DNA of 64,000 nucleotides from Alphaproteobacteria bacterium (GTDB lineage: Bacteria > Pseudomonadota > Alphaproteobacteria > UBA828). Made by a program: the position numbers and the translations under genes. Position 1 is the first letter of the stretch; every line of letters begins with the position of its first letter. This document shows positions 19,890 to 30,893 of the stretch, piece after piece. The stretch is taken from positions 2,720,001 through 2,784,000 of the forward strand of contig CBDEFM010000002.1 in NCBI GenBank assembly GCA_965237415.1, given 5' to 3'. Below the pieces are notes generated by a model. It worked only from the letters and a program-made list of their open reading frames with translations, made no database searches and had not been told where the DNA came from.

Positions 19890-20915
19890 ATGATTATGGA
19901 ATTCGGAATTACCTTTCGCGGCGACCTCGAAAAGGATCGCGTCGTCGCCATCTGCCGGCAGGCCGAGGCGGCCGGTTTCGACTATGCCTGGTTCTTCGAC
20001 AGCCACGTGCTCTGGCGCGACCTCTACCCGCAGATGGCGGTCGCCATCGAGAACACCCGGCGGCTTCGCTTCGGCCCCTGCGTCACCAACCCGATGACCC
20101 GCGAGTGGTCGGTGGCGGCGAGCCTGTTCGGGGCCATGGCGGTGCAGTCGGATGGACGCTTCGACATGGGCGTGGGCCGCGGCGACAGCGCCGTGCGCGT
20201 GATCGGCAAGCGGCCGGCGACGGTGGCGCGCCTGGAGGCGTTCTGCCACGCCATGAAGGCGCTGGTGCGGGGCGAGGCGGTCAGCTACGAGGGCACGCCG
20301 GAGCCGGTGCAGTTCGACTGGACCGGCGGCTACGAGATGCCCGTCTGGGTCGCGGCCTACGGGCCGCGCGCGCTCGCGGCGGCCGGCCGTGTCGGCGACG
20401 GGCTGATCGTGCAGCTCGCCGATGTCGGCCTCTGCCAATGGATGGGGGACCAGGCGCGCGATGCCGGCCGCGCCCAAGGCCGCGACATGGCGGACTACCG
20501 CGTCATGGCCTGCACGCCCGTCTGGGTCGGCGACCGCGAGGCCGGGATCGCGCAGACCAAGTGGTTCCCGGCTTTGGTGGGCAACCATGTGGCCGACATC
20601 GTCAAGCACCACGGCGCCGGCACCGACCTCGTGCCGGAGAGCCTGACCGCCTACATCGCCCAGCGCGAGGGCGTCGGCGCCGACGAGGGCTACGACTACC
20701 ACGAGCACACCGCGCTGGAATCAGACAATAGCGCCTATGTCACGCCTGAGATCACCGAGGATTTCTGCGTAATCGGCCCGGCCGAGGCCCATGTCGAGAA
20801 GATCCGGGCGCTGGAGGCCGCCGGCGTCACCCAGTTCAACATCTACCTCGTGAACGGCGGCGAGGAGCAAATCGTCGCCGCCTACGCGGACCACGTGATC
20901 CCGCACTTTCGGTAG
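19890..20915 (+). CDS. LLM-class F420-dependent oxidoreductase (TIGR03842-like)
   Basis: EFGITF, WFFDSHVLW, GPCVTNP, GRGDSAVR, AAYGPRAL; directly downstream of npdG. Confidence 0.85.
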   Translation: MIMEFGITFRGDLEKDRVVAICRQAEAAGFDYAWFFDSHVLWRDLYPQMAVAIENTRRLRFGPCVTNPMTREWSVAASLFGAMAVQSDGRFDMGVGRGDSAVRVIGKRPATVARLEAFCHAMKALVRGEAVSYEGTPEPVQFDWTGGYEMPVWVAAYGPRALAAAGRVGDGLIVQLADVGLCQWMGDQARDAGRAQGRDMADYRVMACTPVWVGDREAGIAQTKWFPALVGNHVADIVKHHGAGTDLVPESLTAYIAQREGVGADEGYDYHEHTALESDNSAYVTPEITEDFCVIGPAEAHVEKIRALEAAGVTQFNIYLVNGGEEQIVAAYADHVIPHFR

Positions 20916-20949
20916 GGGCGAGTGCGGGCCGCAACTGCGGCCCGCCTAC
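20912..20949. repeat. REP-like palindrome or bidirectional terminator between convergent genes
   Basis: GCGGGCCGCA-AC-TGCGGCCCGC perfect stem, framed by GTAGG...CCTAC. Confidence 0.5.
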
Positions 20950-20952
20950 GCC

Positions 20953-22302
20953 TCAGTAGAGCTCGATATACTCGTCGCGCTCCCATTGGGTGATGTGGGC
21001 GTTGAAGCGGACAAGCTCGGCGCGCTTCATCGTGGTGAAGACGGTCACGAACTCCTCCCCTAGCAGATCGACCATCGCCTGGTCGGCCTCGAGCGCGGCG
21101 AGGGCGGCCTCGAGATTTACCGGGAAGGGCGGAAGGCTCGGGTCGTCCTCGCTCGGCCCATCGGACTGCGCGACGAGCGAGCGCTTCTCGCTAAGCCCGA
21201 GCAGCCCGCAGGCCAGCGTGCCGGCGGCACAGAGATAGGGATTGCTGATCGCGGACGAGGCCCGCATTTCCACGTGCATCCCCGGCGTGCCGGGCTGCTT
21301 GATGCGCACCATGGCGCTCCGGTCCTCCTCGCCCCAGCTGACGTTGGAGGGCGCGAAGGTGTGGGGCGTGAGCCGTCGGTAGCAGTTCGGTGTCGGGTTG
21401 AAGAGCGCCATGCAGGCGGCGCCGTGGTCGATGAGGCCCTGGACGAAATGCCGGAGCGTCCGCGTCAGGTCGTTCGGGTTGTCGGGGTCGTAGAAGGCGC
21501 TCCACCCGCTCTCCTTCTCGATCAGGCTGATGTGGTAGTGGCAGCCGGAGCCCGCCATGCCCGCCGCCGGCTTGCCCATGAAGGTCGCGGTGAGGCCTTC
21601 GTGCTGGACGATCTCCTTGACCCCGTTCTTGAAGGTAAACGCGTTGTCGAGGCCCACCATCCCCTCGGCATGTCTGTAGACCAGCTCGTACTGGGAGGGC
21701 GCGTACTCGGCGTTGGCCGTCAGCATCGGGATGCCGGCCGCCCGCAGGCTGTCGACCACCGCGCGGATCGCCGGCAGCTGGTCGTTCCGCAGATTGTTGA
21801 AGATATGGACTCCGCCGAAGAGCGGCTCGTGCGTCTCGCGGTCGAGCACGAAGAACTCGTACTCGTGGGCGCTCTCGATGCCGAAGCCGAGCTCGGCCAC
21901 CCTCTCCAACATCCGGCGCGCGACGTGGCGGGGCGCGGCGTGAAGCGGCGTGCCGTCCTCCCACTCCGTGTCGCAGATAACCTTCGCCATGCCATCGAGC
22001 CACGGCACGGTCGCGAGGGTCGAAAGATCGGGACGCAGGGTCTGGTCCTTGTACTTGACCTCCTCGTTGTAGAGGGTGCCGGGGATCACGTGAGAGGCCG
22101 TGTCGAGGGCGACGATGCCGCCATACATGTTCACACCCTCACGGGCGGACGCGGCGAACCGCTCGACCGGCACCTGCTTGGAGCGGGCGGAGCCGTGCAT
22201 GTCCGGCAGCTCGAAGCGGACATGCTGGATTCCGTCGCGCTCGAGCCGCGCCAGCGCCTCCTCTACCTGATCGCGGGTACCTTGCCCTGTGTCATCGACC
22301 AC
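20953..22302 (-). CDS. Glutamine synthetase family protein (probable gamma-glutamyl-amine ligase)
   Basis: HEYEF, AEYAPSQYEL, ATFMGKP, GSGCHYH, YRRL, EMR; PuuA-like length. Confidence 0.9.
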   Translation of the reverse strand: MVDDTGQGTRDQVEEALARLERDGIQHVRFELPDMHGSARSKQVPVERFAASAREGVNMYGGIVALDTASHVIPGTLYNEEVKYKDQTLRPDLSTLATVPWLDGMAKVICDTEWEDGTPLHAAPRHVARRMLERVAELGFGIESAHEYEFFVLDRETHEPLFGGVHIFNNLRNDQLPAIRAVVDSLRAAGIPMLTANAEYAPSQYELVYRHAEGMVGLDNAFTFKNGVKEIVQHEGLTATFMGKPAAGMAGSGCHYHISLIEKESGWSAFYDPDNPNDLTRTLRHFVQGLIDHGAACMALFNPTPNCYRRLTPHTFAPSNVSWGEEDRSAMVRIKQPGTPGMHVEMRASSAISNPYLCAAGTLACGLLGLSEKRSLVAQSDGPSEDDPSLPPFPVNLEAALAALEADQAMVDLLGEEFVTVFTTMKRAELVRFNAHITQWERDEYIELY

Positions 22303-22399
22303 GGCCGCCTCCTCTCCGTAACGCCTTCCTCGCCCGCCGCGCGAGCGGCCCGAATTCGCGGTGTCGGGGCGGGTGAGTCAAGAGCGGATGGCACCGCCG

Positions 22400-23417
22400 C
22401 TATTCTGCGGCCGCTTCCGCGCTTTCCAGAAGCGGGCGGCGGCTCAGGTCGATCTTGCGGGCGACATGGGCGCCGGAGGTGATGGTTCCGTAGCGCGGCG
22501 GGTTGGCTTCGTCTGTGCAGCTCGGCAGGCACTCGATCACGGCGTCGTAATTCGGCTGCTGGAAGAAGAGCAGCGAGAGCCGGCTGCTCTCCGCCTCGAC
22601 GCGGGGAGGGTTGACCACCCGGTGCAGGGTCGAGCGCCAGCGGTCGTTGGTCCATTCCGCCATCAGGTCGCCGAGATTGATGACGAAGGTGCCGGGGATG
22701 CAAGGCACGTCGGACCAGGTGCCGTCCTTGCCCAGAACCTGGAGGCCGCCCACGTCGGTATCGGAGGAGACGATCGTGAGGCTGCCGTAGTCCGCGTGGG
22801 CGCCGCAGCGGAGCTGCCCCGGCACGGGCGGCGTCGGCTGCGGCGGGTAGTAGGAGGCGATGAAGTTGGTGATGTGGCGGTCGATCTTGTCGGCGAAGAA
22901 GTTCTCCGGCAGGCGGAGCGCACAGGCGAAGATCCGCATCAGGTCGCCTGCCAGGCGCTCCATCTCCCGATAATAGGCCTCCCACAGCGGCCGCATCCCT
23001 GCGGGCCGGTCGGGCCACAGATTCGCGGCGAAGAAGCGCCAGCCCTCGGGCCCGTAGTGATATTCGTCGTAGGCGTGGTCATGGGGCCCGATAACGAAGC
23101 TCTCGCGCCAGTCCGGCGCGCTCTCTTCTTCGTCCATGCTGTAGGCCGTGTCCTCGCTGCCGACGGTCATCAGCCCGCGATAGCGGTCGGGCGGCATTTT
23201 GACCCTGAGCTTCTCCCAGTGCGGCAGGTCGAAGAAGGCACGGGTCACGCCCCCCCATCTCGTCGATCTGCCCCTGCGCGACGCCGTGACCCGCGATGAC
23301 GAGGAAGCCGATCTCACGGCAGGCGTTATCCACCTCGGCGGCAACGCGCGCCTTGTCCTCGCGCCCGCCCGTGAGAAACGGTGCGATATCGATCACCGGA
23401 ACCACCGAATCCGCCAT
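22400..23417 (-). pseudogene. Isopenicillin N synthase family 2OG-Fe(II) oxygenase with a +1 frameshift in a G7 tract
   Basis: N-terminus (VPVIDI...ACREIGFLVIAGHGV) in ORF 23079-23417; remainder (RAFFDLP, HADYG, STLHRV, RLS) in ORF 22400-23344; junction at the C7 run 23250-23256. Confidence 0.85.
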
Positions 23418-23601
23418 TCTTCGCCTCCGCGATGCCGGGTTGCGGCGCCGATCCTAACAGCGGTAGCCCCTTCCGCGCGAGCGGGGCGGTTGACGCCACC
23501 CGGATCGTGCCCAAATTCTCCGGGTGTAAATTGGCGCCCTCGCGTAGTATGCAAAACGGCGTGCGGCGCAGGAGCCGCAGCGCGTCCGTGGAGTGGAAGC
23601 C

Positions 23602-24594
23602 ATGCTGATCGACCCATTCGAGCGCCACGTCACCTATCTGCGGGTCTCGGTCACCGACCGGTGCGACTTTCGCTGCGTCTATTGCATGTCGGAGCACATG
23701 AGCTTCCTGCCCAAGGCGGAGCTGCTCACACTGGAGGAGCTCGATCGGCTGTGCAGCGCGTTCGTGGGCTTGGGCGTGCGCAAGCTCCGCATCACCGGCG
23801 GCGAGCCTCTGGTGCGGAAGGGCGTCATCGAGCTGTTCGAGAGCCTGGGCCGCCACCTGAGAAGCGGCGCACTCGACGAGCTGACGCTCACCACCAACGG
23901 GAGCCAATTGCCGCGCCATGCGGAACGGCTCTACGCCGCGGGCGTGCGCCGGGTGAACATCTCCCTCGACACCCGCGACCCCGATAAATTCGTCAAGATC
24001 ACCCGTTGGGGCCGGCTCGACCAGGTGATGGCCGGCATCGATGCGGCCCGCGCCGCAGGGCTCAAGGTCAAGATCAACACCGTGGCGCTGCGCGGCGTCA
24101 ACGAGGACGAGATCGAAGACCTCGTCGCCTGGTGCGGGGCCGAGGGGCACGACCTCACCTTCATCGAGACGATGCCGCTCGGCGAGATCGACGGCGATCG
24201 GACCGAGCAGTACCTGCCGCTCTCCATGGTCCGCGCGAAGCTCCGCAAGCGCTGGACCCTGGACGAGAGCGACCATCGCACGGGCGGGCCGGCGCGATAC
24301 GTCACGGTGCGGGAGACCGGCCAGCGTTTGGGTTTCATCACGCCGCTCACCCACAATTTCTGCGAATCCTGCAACCGGGTGCGGCTCACCTGCACCGGCA
24401 CGCTCTACATGTGCCTCGGCCAGGAGGACGCGGCCGACCTGCGCACGCCGCTCCGCCGCAGCGAGAGCGACGATGCTCTGGTTGCGGCGATCCACGAGGC
24501 GATCGGGCGCAAGCCCAAGGGCCATGATTTCATCATCGACCGCCGCCACACGCGGCCTGCGGTCGGCCGTCACATGAGCGTCACCGGCGGCTGA
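23602..24594 (+). CDS. moaA: GTP 3',8-cyclase
   Basis: [28 protein letters not shown]-terminal MSVTGG. Confidence 0.98.
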   Translation: MLIDPFERHVTYLRVSVTDRCDFRCVYCMSEHMSFLPKAELLTLEELDRLCSAFVGLGVRKLRITGGEPLVRKGVIELFESLGRHLRSGALDELTLTTNGSQLPRHAERLYAAGVRRVNISLDTRDPDKFVKITRWGRLDQVMAGIDAARAAGLKVKINTVALRGVNEDEIEDLVAWCGAEGHDLTFIETMPLGEIDGDRTEQYLPLSMVRAKLRKRWTLDESDHRTGGPARYVTVRETGQRLGFITPLTHNFCESCNRVRLTCTGTLYMCLGQEDAADLRTPLRRSESDDALVAAIHEAIGRKPKGHDFIIDRRHTRPAVGRHMSVTGG

Positions 24595-24655
24595 GCGGCC
24601 GCCGCCGTCCAGCCCGCTTTCCGCGCCGCGCCGGCGCAGCCCATCGGGAGACTCC

Positions 24656-25423
24656 ATGCGCTACCGGACGATGGCCGCCGTCGCGTCGACCGCCGCCGAT
24701 GCCCAGGCCGCGCTCGCCGCGCTCGCCGCCCGCTATCCCTTCGTAGAGCCAGCCGATGCCGACGCCATCATCGCGCTTGGCGGAGACGGCTTCATGCTGG
24801 AGACGCAGCACCGCCTGCTGCGCCAGGGCAAGCCGATCTACGGCATGAGCCGGGGCACGGTCGGCTTCCTGATGAACGAGTTCTCCATCGAGGACCTTCC
24901 CCAACGGCTGGAGCAGGCGCACGGCACGACCCTGCATCCACTCAGCATGCAGGCGGAGACGATCCACGGGGATACGCACGAGGCGCTCGCCATCAACGAG
25001 GTCTCGATGCTGCGCGAGACCCGCCAGGCCGCCAAGCTCAGAATCAGCGTGGACGGCGTCGTCAGGGTGCCGGAGCTTATCTGCGACGGTGTGCTGGTGG
25101 CGACTCCCGCCGGCAGCACCGCCTACAACCTTTCTGCCCACGGCCCGATCATCCCGCTCGGCGCCAACATCCTGGCGCTCACGCCGATCAGCGCCTTCAG
25201 GCCGCGGCGCTGGCGAGGCGCCCTCCTACTGCACGAGGCGACCGTGCGCCTCGAGGTGCTCGAGCACGATAAGCGCCCGGTCAGCGCGGTCGCCGACTAC
25301 ACCGAAGTGCGCGACGTGGCGTCGGTCGAGGTCGCGGTCGATCATGCGACGGCGATCCACCTCCTCTTCGACCCCGAGCACAGCCTTACCGAGCGCATCC
25401 TCGCCGAGCAGTTCACCCCCTGA
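24656..25423 (+). CDS. nadK: NAD kinase
   Basis: [24 protein letters not shown]. Confidence 0.96.
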   Translation: MRYRTMAAVASTAADAQAALAALAARYPFVEPADADAIIALGGDGFMLETQHRLLRQGKPIYGMSRGTVGFLMNEFSIEDLPQRLEQAHGTTLHPLSMQAETIHGDTHEALAINEVSMLRETRQAAKLRISVDGVVRVPELICDGVLVATPAGSTAYNLSAHGPIIPLGANILALTPISAFRPRRWRGALLLHEATVRLEVLEHDKRPVSAVADYTEVRDVASVEVAVDHATAIHLLFDPEHSLTERILAEQFTP

Positions 25424-25490
25424 GGGTGCTGAATTTGGCGTCCGCGAGCCCCGCTCGCTCACCTAGCCGCACATCAAGCCGGAGCAGGCG

Positions 25491-26585
25491 GTGAAAGGAC
25501 TCGGCGCCCCATTCGGCGTGCGCTGGCAGGCCACGCGGCTCCGCATCGCCGGTCTCCGCTTCGTTCTCTCGATCGGCCTCGGGGCCTCGGGCGGAGCCGT
25601 CTTCTTCGCGCTTGCGCTGCCGCTCCCTTGGATGCTGGGCGCCATGACGGCGGCAACGGCGGCGGCGCTCACCGGCGCGCCGCTCGCGGTACCCGCCCAG
25701 ATCCGCAACGCCATGATCGCGATCCTCGGCGTGCTGCTCGGCAGCCAATTCACGATCGACCTCTTCGCCCAAATCACGGAGTGGTACGTGGGCCTCTCGG
25801 GCGTGGTTCTCTCCACGGCGGCGACGGCAGGAATGGCCTATGTCGTCTTCCGCAGGCTCGGCGGCTACGACCGGGCGACCGCCTATTTCGCCTCGATGCC
25901 GGGCGGGCTCAGCGAGATGATGGTGCTCGGCGAGAGCATGGGCGGCGATGGGCGCACGATCTCGCTCACCCACGGCACGCGCATCCTCGTCGCCGTGTTC
26001 CTGATCGCCTTCTACTACCGGATCTTCGAAGGCTACGAGCCGGTTGGCTTGCCGGTCCCCGCCGGCCCGGCGGCGGGCTGGGTCGATCTCATGGCGCTGG
26101 TTGCCTGCGCGCTCGCCGGCTATCCGGCGGCTAAGGCGTTGCGGGTGCCGGCGGCCCAGCTGGTCGGCCCCTTGGTGCTGAGCGCGGCGCTGCACCTGAG
26201 CGGGGTTGTCGCGGCGCACCCGCCGGGCGAGTTGATCGCGGCCGCCCAGGTCGTGCTCGGCGCCGCCATCGGGGCGCGGTTCGTGGGCATTGCGTTCCGC
26301 AAGCTCCGGCGCGTCATGCTGCTGGCTGCGCTCGTCGCCGTGGCGATGGTCTTGGTGGCGGCAGGCATGGCCTACGGCCTCGCGGCCGCCACCGATCTCT
26401 CCGGAGCGGCGCTCTTTCTCGCGCTGGCTCCCGGCGGGCTCGCCGAGATGAGCCTGATGGCGCTCTCCTTCGGCAGCGCCGCCGCCTTCGTCTCGACCCA
26501 CCATGTCGCGCGCATCATTCTGATCGTGATTGTCGGCCCCCTCGTTTTTCGGCTCGCCCAGGGGTGGCGGCGCTCGCTAAGTTAG
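25491..26585 (+). CDS. AbrB-family membrane protein (duplicated domain)
   Basis: [10 protein letters not shown], two PGGL motifs, multiple TM helices. Confidence 0.9.
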   Translation: MKGLGAPFGVRWQATRLRIAGLRFVLSIGLGASGGAVFFALALPLPWMLGAMTAATAAALTGAPLAVPAQIRNAMIAILGVLLGSQFTIDLFAQITEWYVGLSGVVLSTAATAGMAYVVFRRLGGYDRATAYFASMPGGLSEMMVLGESMGGDGRTISLTHGTRILVAVFLIAFYYRIFEGYEPVGLPVPAGPAAGWVDLMALVACALAGYPAAKALRVPAAQLVGPLVLSAALHLSGVVAAHPPGELIAAAQVVLGAAIGARFVGIAFRKLRRVMLLAALVAVAMVLVAAGMAYGLAAATDLSGAALFLALAPGGLAEMSLMALSFGSAAAFVSTHHVARIILIVIVGPLVFRLAQGWRRSLS

Positions 26586-26592
26586 CCCGGTC

Positions 26593-27732
26593 ATGGATTT
26601 CACCCTCTCGGAAGAGCAACAGGCGTTCCGCGAACTCGCCCAGAACTTCGCCGAGAACGAGCTCGCCCCCTTTGCTGCGGCGTGGGACCGGGACTGCACC
26701 TTCCCGGTGGATGCGCTGCGCAAGGCCGCGGCCCTCGGCCTTGGCGGCATCTATGTGGGTGACGATGTCGGCGGATCGAACCTGACGCGGCTCGATGCCG
26801 CGCTGATCTTCGAGGGGCTGGCCCGGGGTTGTGCGTCGACCGCGGCCTACATTTCGATCCACAACATGGCGTCGTGGATGATCGACTCCTTCGGCGCAGA
26901 CGCGCAGCGCACGCGCTTCCTGCCCCGCCTCGCCAGCATGGAACATTTCGCGAGCTACTGCCTGACCGAGCCTGATTCCGGCTCCGACGCCGCATCGCTC
27001 AGGACCAGCGCCCGCCTGGACGGCGATCACTACGTGCTCAACGGCACCAAGGCCTTCATCTCGGGCGGCGGCTTTGCCGATGTCTATGTCTGCATGGTGC
27101 GGACCGGCGGGCCGGGCGCGGACGGCATCTCATGCATCGCGGTTGAGCGGGATACGCCGGGCCTCACCTTCGGCGCCCAAGAGAAGAAGCTCGGCTGGCA
27201 CAGCCAACCGACCGCGATGGTGATCTTCGAGGACTGCCGCGTGCCGGCGGAGAACCTCATCGGCGCGGAAGGGCAGGGCTTCAAGATCGCCATGGCGGGC
27301 CTCGACGGCGGGCGCATCAACATCGGCGCCTGCTCGCTGGGGGCCGCGCAGGCGAGCCTGGAGATCGCCCGCGATCACCTGCTCCAGCGCCAGCAGTTCG
27401 GCCGCAAGCTCGCCGACTTTCAGGCGCTGCAGTTCACGCTCGCCGACATGGCGACGAACCTCGAAGCCGCCCGCCTGATGATCCACCGGGCCGCGGCCGC
27501 CCTCGACGCGCGCGAAGACGCCGCCATTGCCACCATCGCCATGGCCAAGCGCTTCGCCACGGACGCGGGCTTCGAGGTCTGCAATCAGGCGCTCCAGCTA
27601 TTGGGCGGCTATGGCTACCTGATGGATTTTCCGGTCGAGCGCCACCTCAGGGATCTGCGCGTCCATCAAATCCTCGAAGGCACCAACGAGATCATGCGCC
27701 TCATCATCGCGCGCCGCCTGCTGTCGGAGTGA
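26593..27732 (+). CDS. Acyl-CoA dehydrogenase (isobutyryl-CoA type)
   Basis: [36 protein letters not shown]; clustered with mmsB. Confidence 0.93.
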   Translation: MDFTLSEEQQAFRELAQNFAENELAPFAAAWDRDCTFPVDALRKAAALGLGGIYVGDDVGGSNLTRLDAALIFEGLARGCASTAAYISIHNMASWMIDSFGADAQRTRFLPRLASMEHFASYCLTEPDSGSDAASLRTSARLDGDHYVLNGTKAFISGGGFADVYVCMVRTGGPGADGISCIAVERDTPGLTFGAQEKKLGWHSQPTAMVIFEDCRVPAENLIGAEGQGFKIAMAGLDGGRINIGACSLGAAQASLEIARDHLLQRQQFGRKLADFQALQFTLADMATNLEAARLMIHRAAAALDAREDAAIATIAMAKRFATDAGFEVCNQALQLLGGYGYLMDFPVERHLRDLRVHQILEGTNEIMRLIIARRLLSE

Positions 27733-27814
27733 GGCTGGGCGCGGCCCCGCAGCTATTCCCCCGCCGGGGCGTAGTCCTTAGGATGCGCCGGCAATTGACC
27801 GGGGCGGAGCGGCC

Positions 27815-28882
27815 GTGAGCGACGAAATCATCCTGGAACGGAAGGGCCGGGTCGGCAGCGTGACGCTGAACCGGCCGAAGGCGCTGAACGCGCTGACCCA
27901 GCCCATGGTGCTGGGCCTCGATGCCAGGCTCAAGGAATGGGCGGCGGACCCCGAGATTGCGGCGGTGGTCGTGCGCGGAGCCGCGCGGGACGACGGGCGC
28001 GTGCCCTTCTGCGCCGGCGGCGACATCCGCCTTCTTTACAGCGAGCAGGACGATCCGGAGCGTCACTTCGCCACGGTCTTCTACGCGCAGGAGTACCGGC
28101 TCAACACCTTCATCTTTCGCTACCCGAAGCCCTATGTCGCGCTGATCGACGGCGTCGTCATGGGAGGCGGCGTCGGCATCTCGTTCCACGGCTCCCACCG
28201 CGTGATGACCGAGCGCGCCCTCTTCGCCATGCCGGAGACCGGGATCGGGCTCTTCCCCGATGTCGGTGCCACGTACTTCCTACCCAGGCTCACGGGCAAG
28301 GCCGGGCTCTACCTCGGCCTCACGGGCGCGCGCATCGGCGCCGCCGACTCGCTCTATCTCGGGCTCGCGACCCATGTGGTGGCGAGCGATGCGCTGCAGG
28401 CGCTGGACGAGACGCTGCTGGCTGCCGAATTCGGCAGCGACGCGAACGCGGCCATCGACCGCCTGCTCGCAAACTGCGCCGCCGATCCCGGCCCAGCGCC
28501 GCTCGCTGCCCGACAGGCGGAAATCGACCGCTGCTTCGCCGCAGGCTCGGTGGAGGAGATCGTGGCCAACCTCGAGGCCGAGGGCTCGGACTGGGCGGCG
28601 GAGACGCTTGCGACGCTTCGTCATAAGTCGCCGACCAGCCTCAAGGTCTCGTTCAAGCAGCTCACGGCGTATGGCGCGTGCGATTTCGAGGAAGCGATGG
28701 CGCTGGAATACCGGCTCGCCATGCACTGCAATCTGGGCGTCGATTTCTTCGAGGGCATCCGTGCCCAGATCGTCGACAAGGACCGCAATCCGGCCTGGCG
28801 CCCGGCGCGGCTGGAAGAGGTGACAGCGGCGACGGTGGATGCATATTTCGAGGTGCCGCCCAAGGGCGACATGACGTGGTAA
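27815..28882 (+). CDS. 3-hydroxyisobutyryl-CoA hydrolase (crotonase family)
   Basis: [38 protein letters not shown]. Confidence 0.92.
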   Translation: MSDEIILERKGRVGSVTLNRPKALNALTQPMVLGLDARLKEWAADPEIAAVVVRGAARDDGRVPFCAGGDIRLLYSEQDDPERHFATVFYAQEYRLNTFIFRYPKPYVALIDGVVMGGGVGISFHGSHRVMTERALFAMPETGIGLFPDVGATYFLPRLTGKAGLYLGLTGARIGAADSLYLGLATHVVASDALQALDETLLAAEFGSDANAAIDRLLANCAADPGPAPLAARQAEIDRCFAAGSVEEIVANLEAEGSDWAAETLATLRHKSPTSLKVSFKQLTAYGACDFEEAMALEYRLAMHCNLGVDFFEGIRAQIVDKDRNPAWRPARLEEVTAATVDAYFEVPPKGDMTW

Positions 28883-28935
28883 GCGGCCGGGGACGGCGCT
28901 ACCGCTTCTAACCAACGCGAGAGGGAGATTCCGAC

Positions 28936-29826
28936 ATGGCGGACATCGGATTCATCGGGCTCGGCAATATGGGAGGGCCGATGGCCGCCAATCTGGCGGT
29001 AGCCGGCCATGCTGTCACGGCCTTCGACATCAGCACGCAGGCGCTGGAGAGGGCGCGTGAGGCAGGGGCTCCGACGGCGGGCTCCGTCGCCGAGGCTGCG
29101 GCCGGGCGGGAGGTGGTCATCACCATGCTGCCGGCCGGCGCCGAGGTGTCGGAGGTCTATCGCGGCGAGGGCGGAGTCCTCTCGGTCGCGGCGCCGGGGA
29201 CGCTGCTCATCGACTGCTCGACCATCGACGTCGATACCGCCCGCGCGGTCGCCGCAACGGCGGCCGAAGGCGGCTGGCCGCTGCTGGATGCGCCAGTCTC
29301 CGGCGGTGTCGCCGGTGCGGCGGCAGGCACGCTCACCTTCATGGTTGGCGGCGAGGGGGACGCGGTCGAGCGCGGCCGGCCGGTGCTGGGCGACATGGGC
29401 AAGGCCGTGATCCATGCCGGCGCCTCCGGCGCAGGCCAGACGGCCAAGGTCTGCAACAACCTGATCCTCGCGGTCTCGATGATCGGCGTCTGCGAGGCAT
29501 TCGGGATGGCGGACCGGCTCGGGCTCGAGCGTCAGACGCTCTTCGACATCGTCTCCAAGGCGACCGGCCAGTGCTGGGCGCTCACCTCCTACTGCCCGGT
29601 GCCGGGGCCGGTGGAGAGCGCGCCGTCGAATCGCGACTACGCACCGGGATTTACGGCCCAGATGATGCTGAAGGACCTGCGCCTCGCCCAGGCCGCTGCG
29701 GCCTCGGCCGGCGCGGCATCGCCGCTCGGCGCGGAAGCGGTGGCGCTCTACACGCTCTTCTGCAACGCAGGCTTCGGGGCCGACGATTTCTCCGGCATCA
29801 TGAAGATGATCGGCCAGGGAGACTGA
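28936..29826 (+). CDS. mmsB: 3-hydroxyisobutyrate dehydrogenase
   Basis: FIGLGNMGGPMA, DAPVSGG, KVCNN, YCPVPG. Confidence 0.95.
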   Translation: MADIGFIGLGNMGGPMAANLAVAGHAVTAFDISTQALERAREAGAPTAGSVAEAAAGREVVITMLPAGAEVSEVYRGEGGVLSVAAPGTLLIDCSTIDVDTARAVAATAAEGGWPLLDAPVSGGVAGAAAGTLTFMVGGEGDAVERGRPVLGDMGKAVIHAGASGAGQTAKVCNNLILAVSMIGVCEAFGMADRLGLERQTLFDIVSKATGQCWALTSYCPVPGPVESAPSNRDYAPGFTAQMMLKDLRLAQAAAASAGAASPLGAEAVALYTLFCNAGFGADDFSGIMKMIGQGD

Positions 29827-29843
29827 CCCGGCCGTAGCCCCCT

Positions 29844-29960
29844 CTAGGAGCCTGCGCCGTAGGAAAATTGCCTACTATATGTAGTGGTAACAGATTATTC
29901 TTTACTACTACCTATGGTGTCTGAAGGTGCCCAAAAGCGTTCTGCGGCGCAGGCTCCTAG
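29844..29960. mobile_element. Miniature inverted-repeat element (117 bp including CTAG ends) with AT-rich core
   Basis: CTAGGAGCCTGCGCCG at 29844-29859 is the exact reverse complement of 29945-29960; right CTAG overlaps the stop of the aldo/keto reductase. Confidence 0.6.
29872..29920. promoter_or_regulatory. Tandem NrdR-box-like palindromes
   Basis: ctACTATATGTAGTgg (29872-29887) and ctACTACCTATGGTgt (29905-29920) match acaCwAtATaTwGtgt at 12/16 and 11/16; 33-bp period. Confidence 0.45.
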
Positions 29961-30793
29961 TGTAATTCGAGAGGGGCGTCGCCGGCGGGCGGCGGGAAGG
30001 CCGTGTCCAGGGCCGCAAGCTCGTCATCGGTGAGCGTAATGTGGAGCGCGCCCAGGTTCTCGTCGACATGGGCGATACGGCTCGCCTTGGGTACGACGAA
30101 CATGTCCTCATGGCGAAGCACCCAGGCGAGCGCCACCTGCATCGGCGTTACGCCACGCTCGGCTGCGATGGCGCCGAGCGCGCGCCCTTCGGGCAGCCTG
30201 CCCTGCTCCAGCGGCGAATAGATCATGAGCGGCTGGTCGTGGCGGCGGCTCCAGTCCATCAGCGCTGCCTCGGGCCAGCGCCGCGAGAGGTTGTAGAGGA
30301 TCTGGTTGGTCTGGCAGCCTTGGCCGCCTGGGGTCTCCCACAGCTCTTCCATGTCGTCGGTGTCGAAGTTGCTGACCCCGAAGCGGCGAATCTTGCCGGC
30401 CTCCTGCAGCGCGAGGAAGCCTTCAACGACCTCGTCGAGGGAAATGCTGCTCCGCCAGTGCAGCAGGTAGAGGTCGAGGTAGTCGGTGCCGAGACACTTC
30501 AGGCTCTTCTCGCAGGCGCGCGCCATGCGCTTGCGTCCGGCGTTGGACGGCAGAACCTTGCTCACTAGGTAGACCGCATCGCGCTGCCCGCGGATCGCCT
30601 CGCCGACCACCTTCTCCGCCCCGCCGGAGCCGTACATCTCCGCCGTGTCGATGAGCGTCATGCCGCAGGCGATGCCGTGGCGGAGCGCCGCCACCTCGTC
30701 CTTGCGCGCAGCCCGGCGCTCGCCCATGCGCCACGTGCCCTGGCCCAGCGCCACGACCTCGTCGCCGCCCGGCAGCCTCACCGTCCGCATCAT
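29957..30793 (-). CDS. Aldo/keto reductase
   Basis: LGQGTW, IDTAEMYG, LYLLHW, GVSNF. Confidence 0.95.
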   Translation of the reverse strand: MMRTVRLPGGDEVVALGQGTWRMGERRAARKDEVAALRHGIACGMTLIDTAEMYGSGGAEKVVGEAIRGQRDAVYLVSKVLPSNAGRKRMARACEKSLKCLGTDYLDLYLLHWRSSISLDEVVEGFLALQEAGKIRRFGVSNFDTDDMEELWETPGGQGCQTNQILYNLSRRWPEAALMDWSRRHDQPLMIYSPLEQGRLPEGRALGAIAAERGVTPMQVALAWVLRHEDMFVVPKASRIAHVDENLGALHITLTDDELAALDTAFPPPAGDAPLELH

Positions 30794-30893
30794 CGCGCGT
30801 CCCCTGCTCGTGCCGCCGCGAGATTAGCACGGGGTTCCGGCGCCGCGCGCGCCGCGCTACCTTGAGGCAAGACAACGGACCCTGGAGGCCGCC

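Noticed and set aside
25491-26585. Ammonia monooxygenase linked to the P460 gene (nitrification)
   Set aside because: This is the AbrB-type membrane family often mislabelled as putative ammonia monooxygenase; it has no AmoA/B/C features and there is no hao gene in the window.
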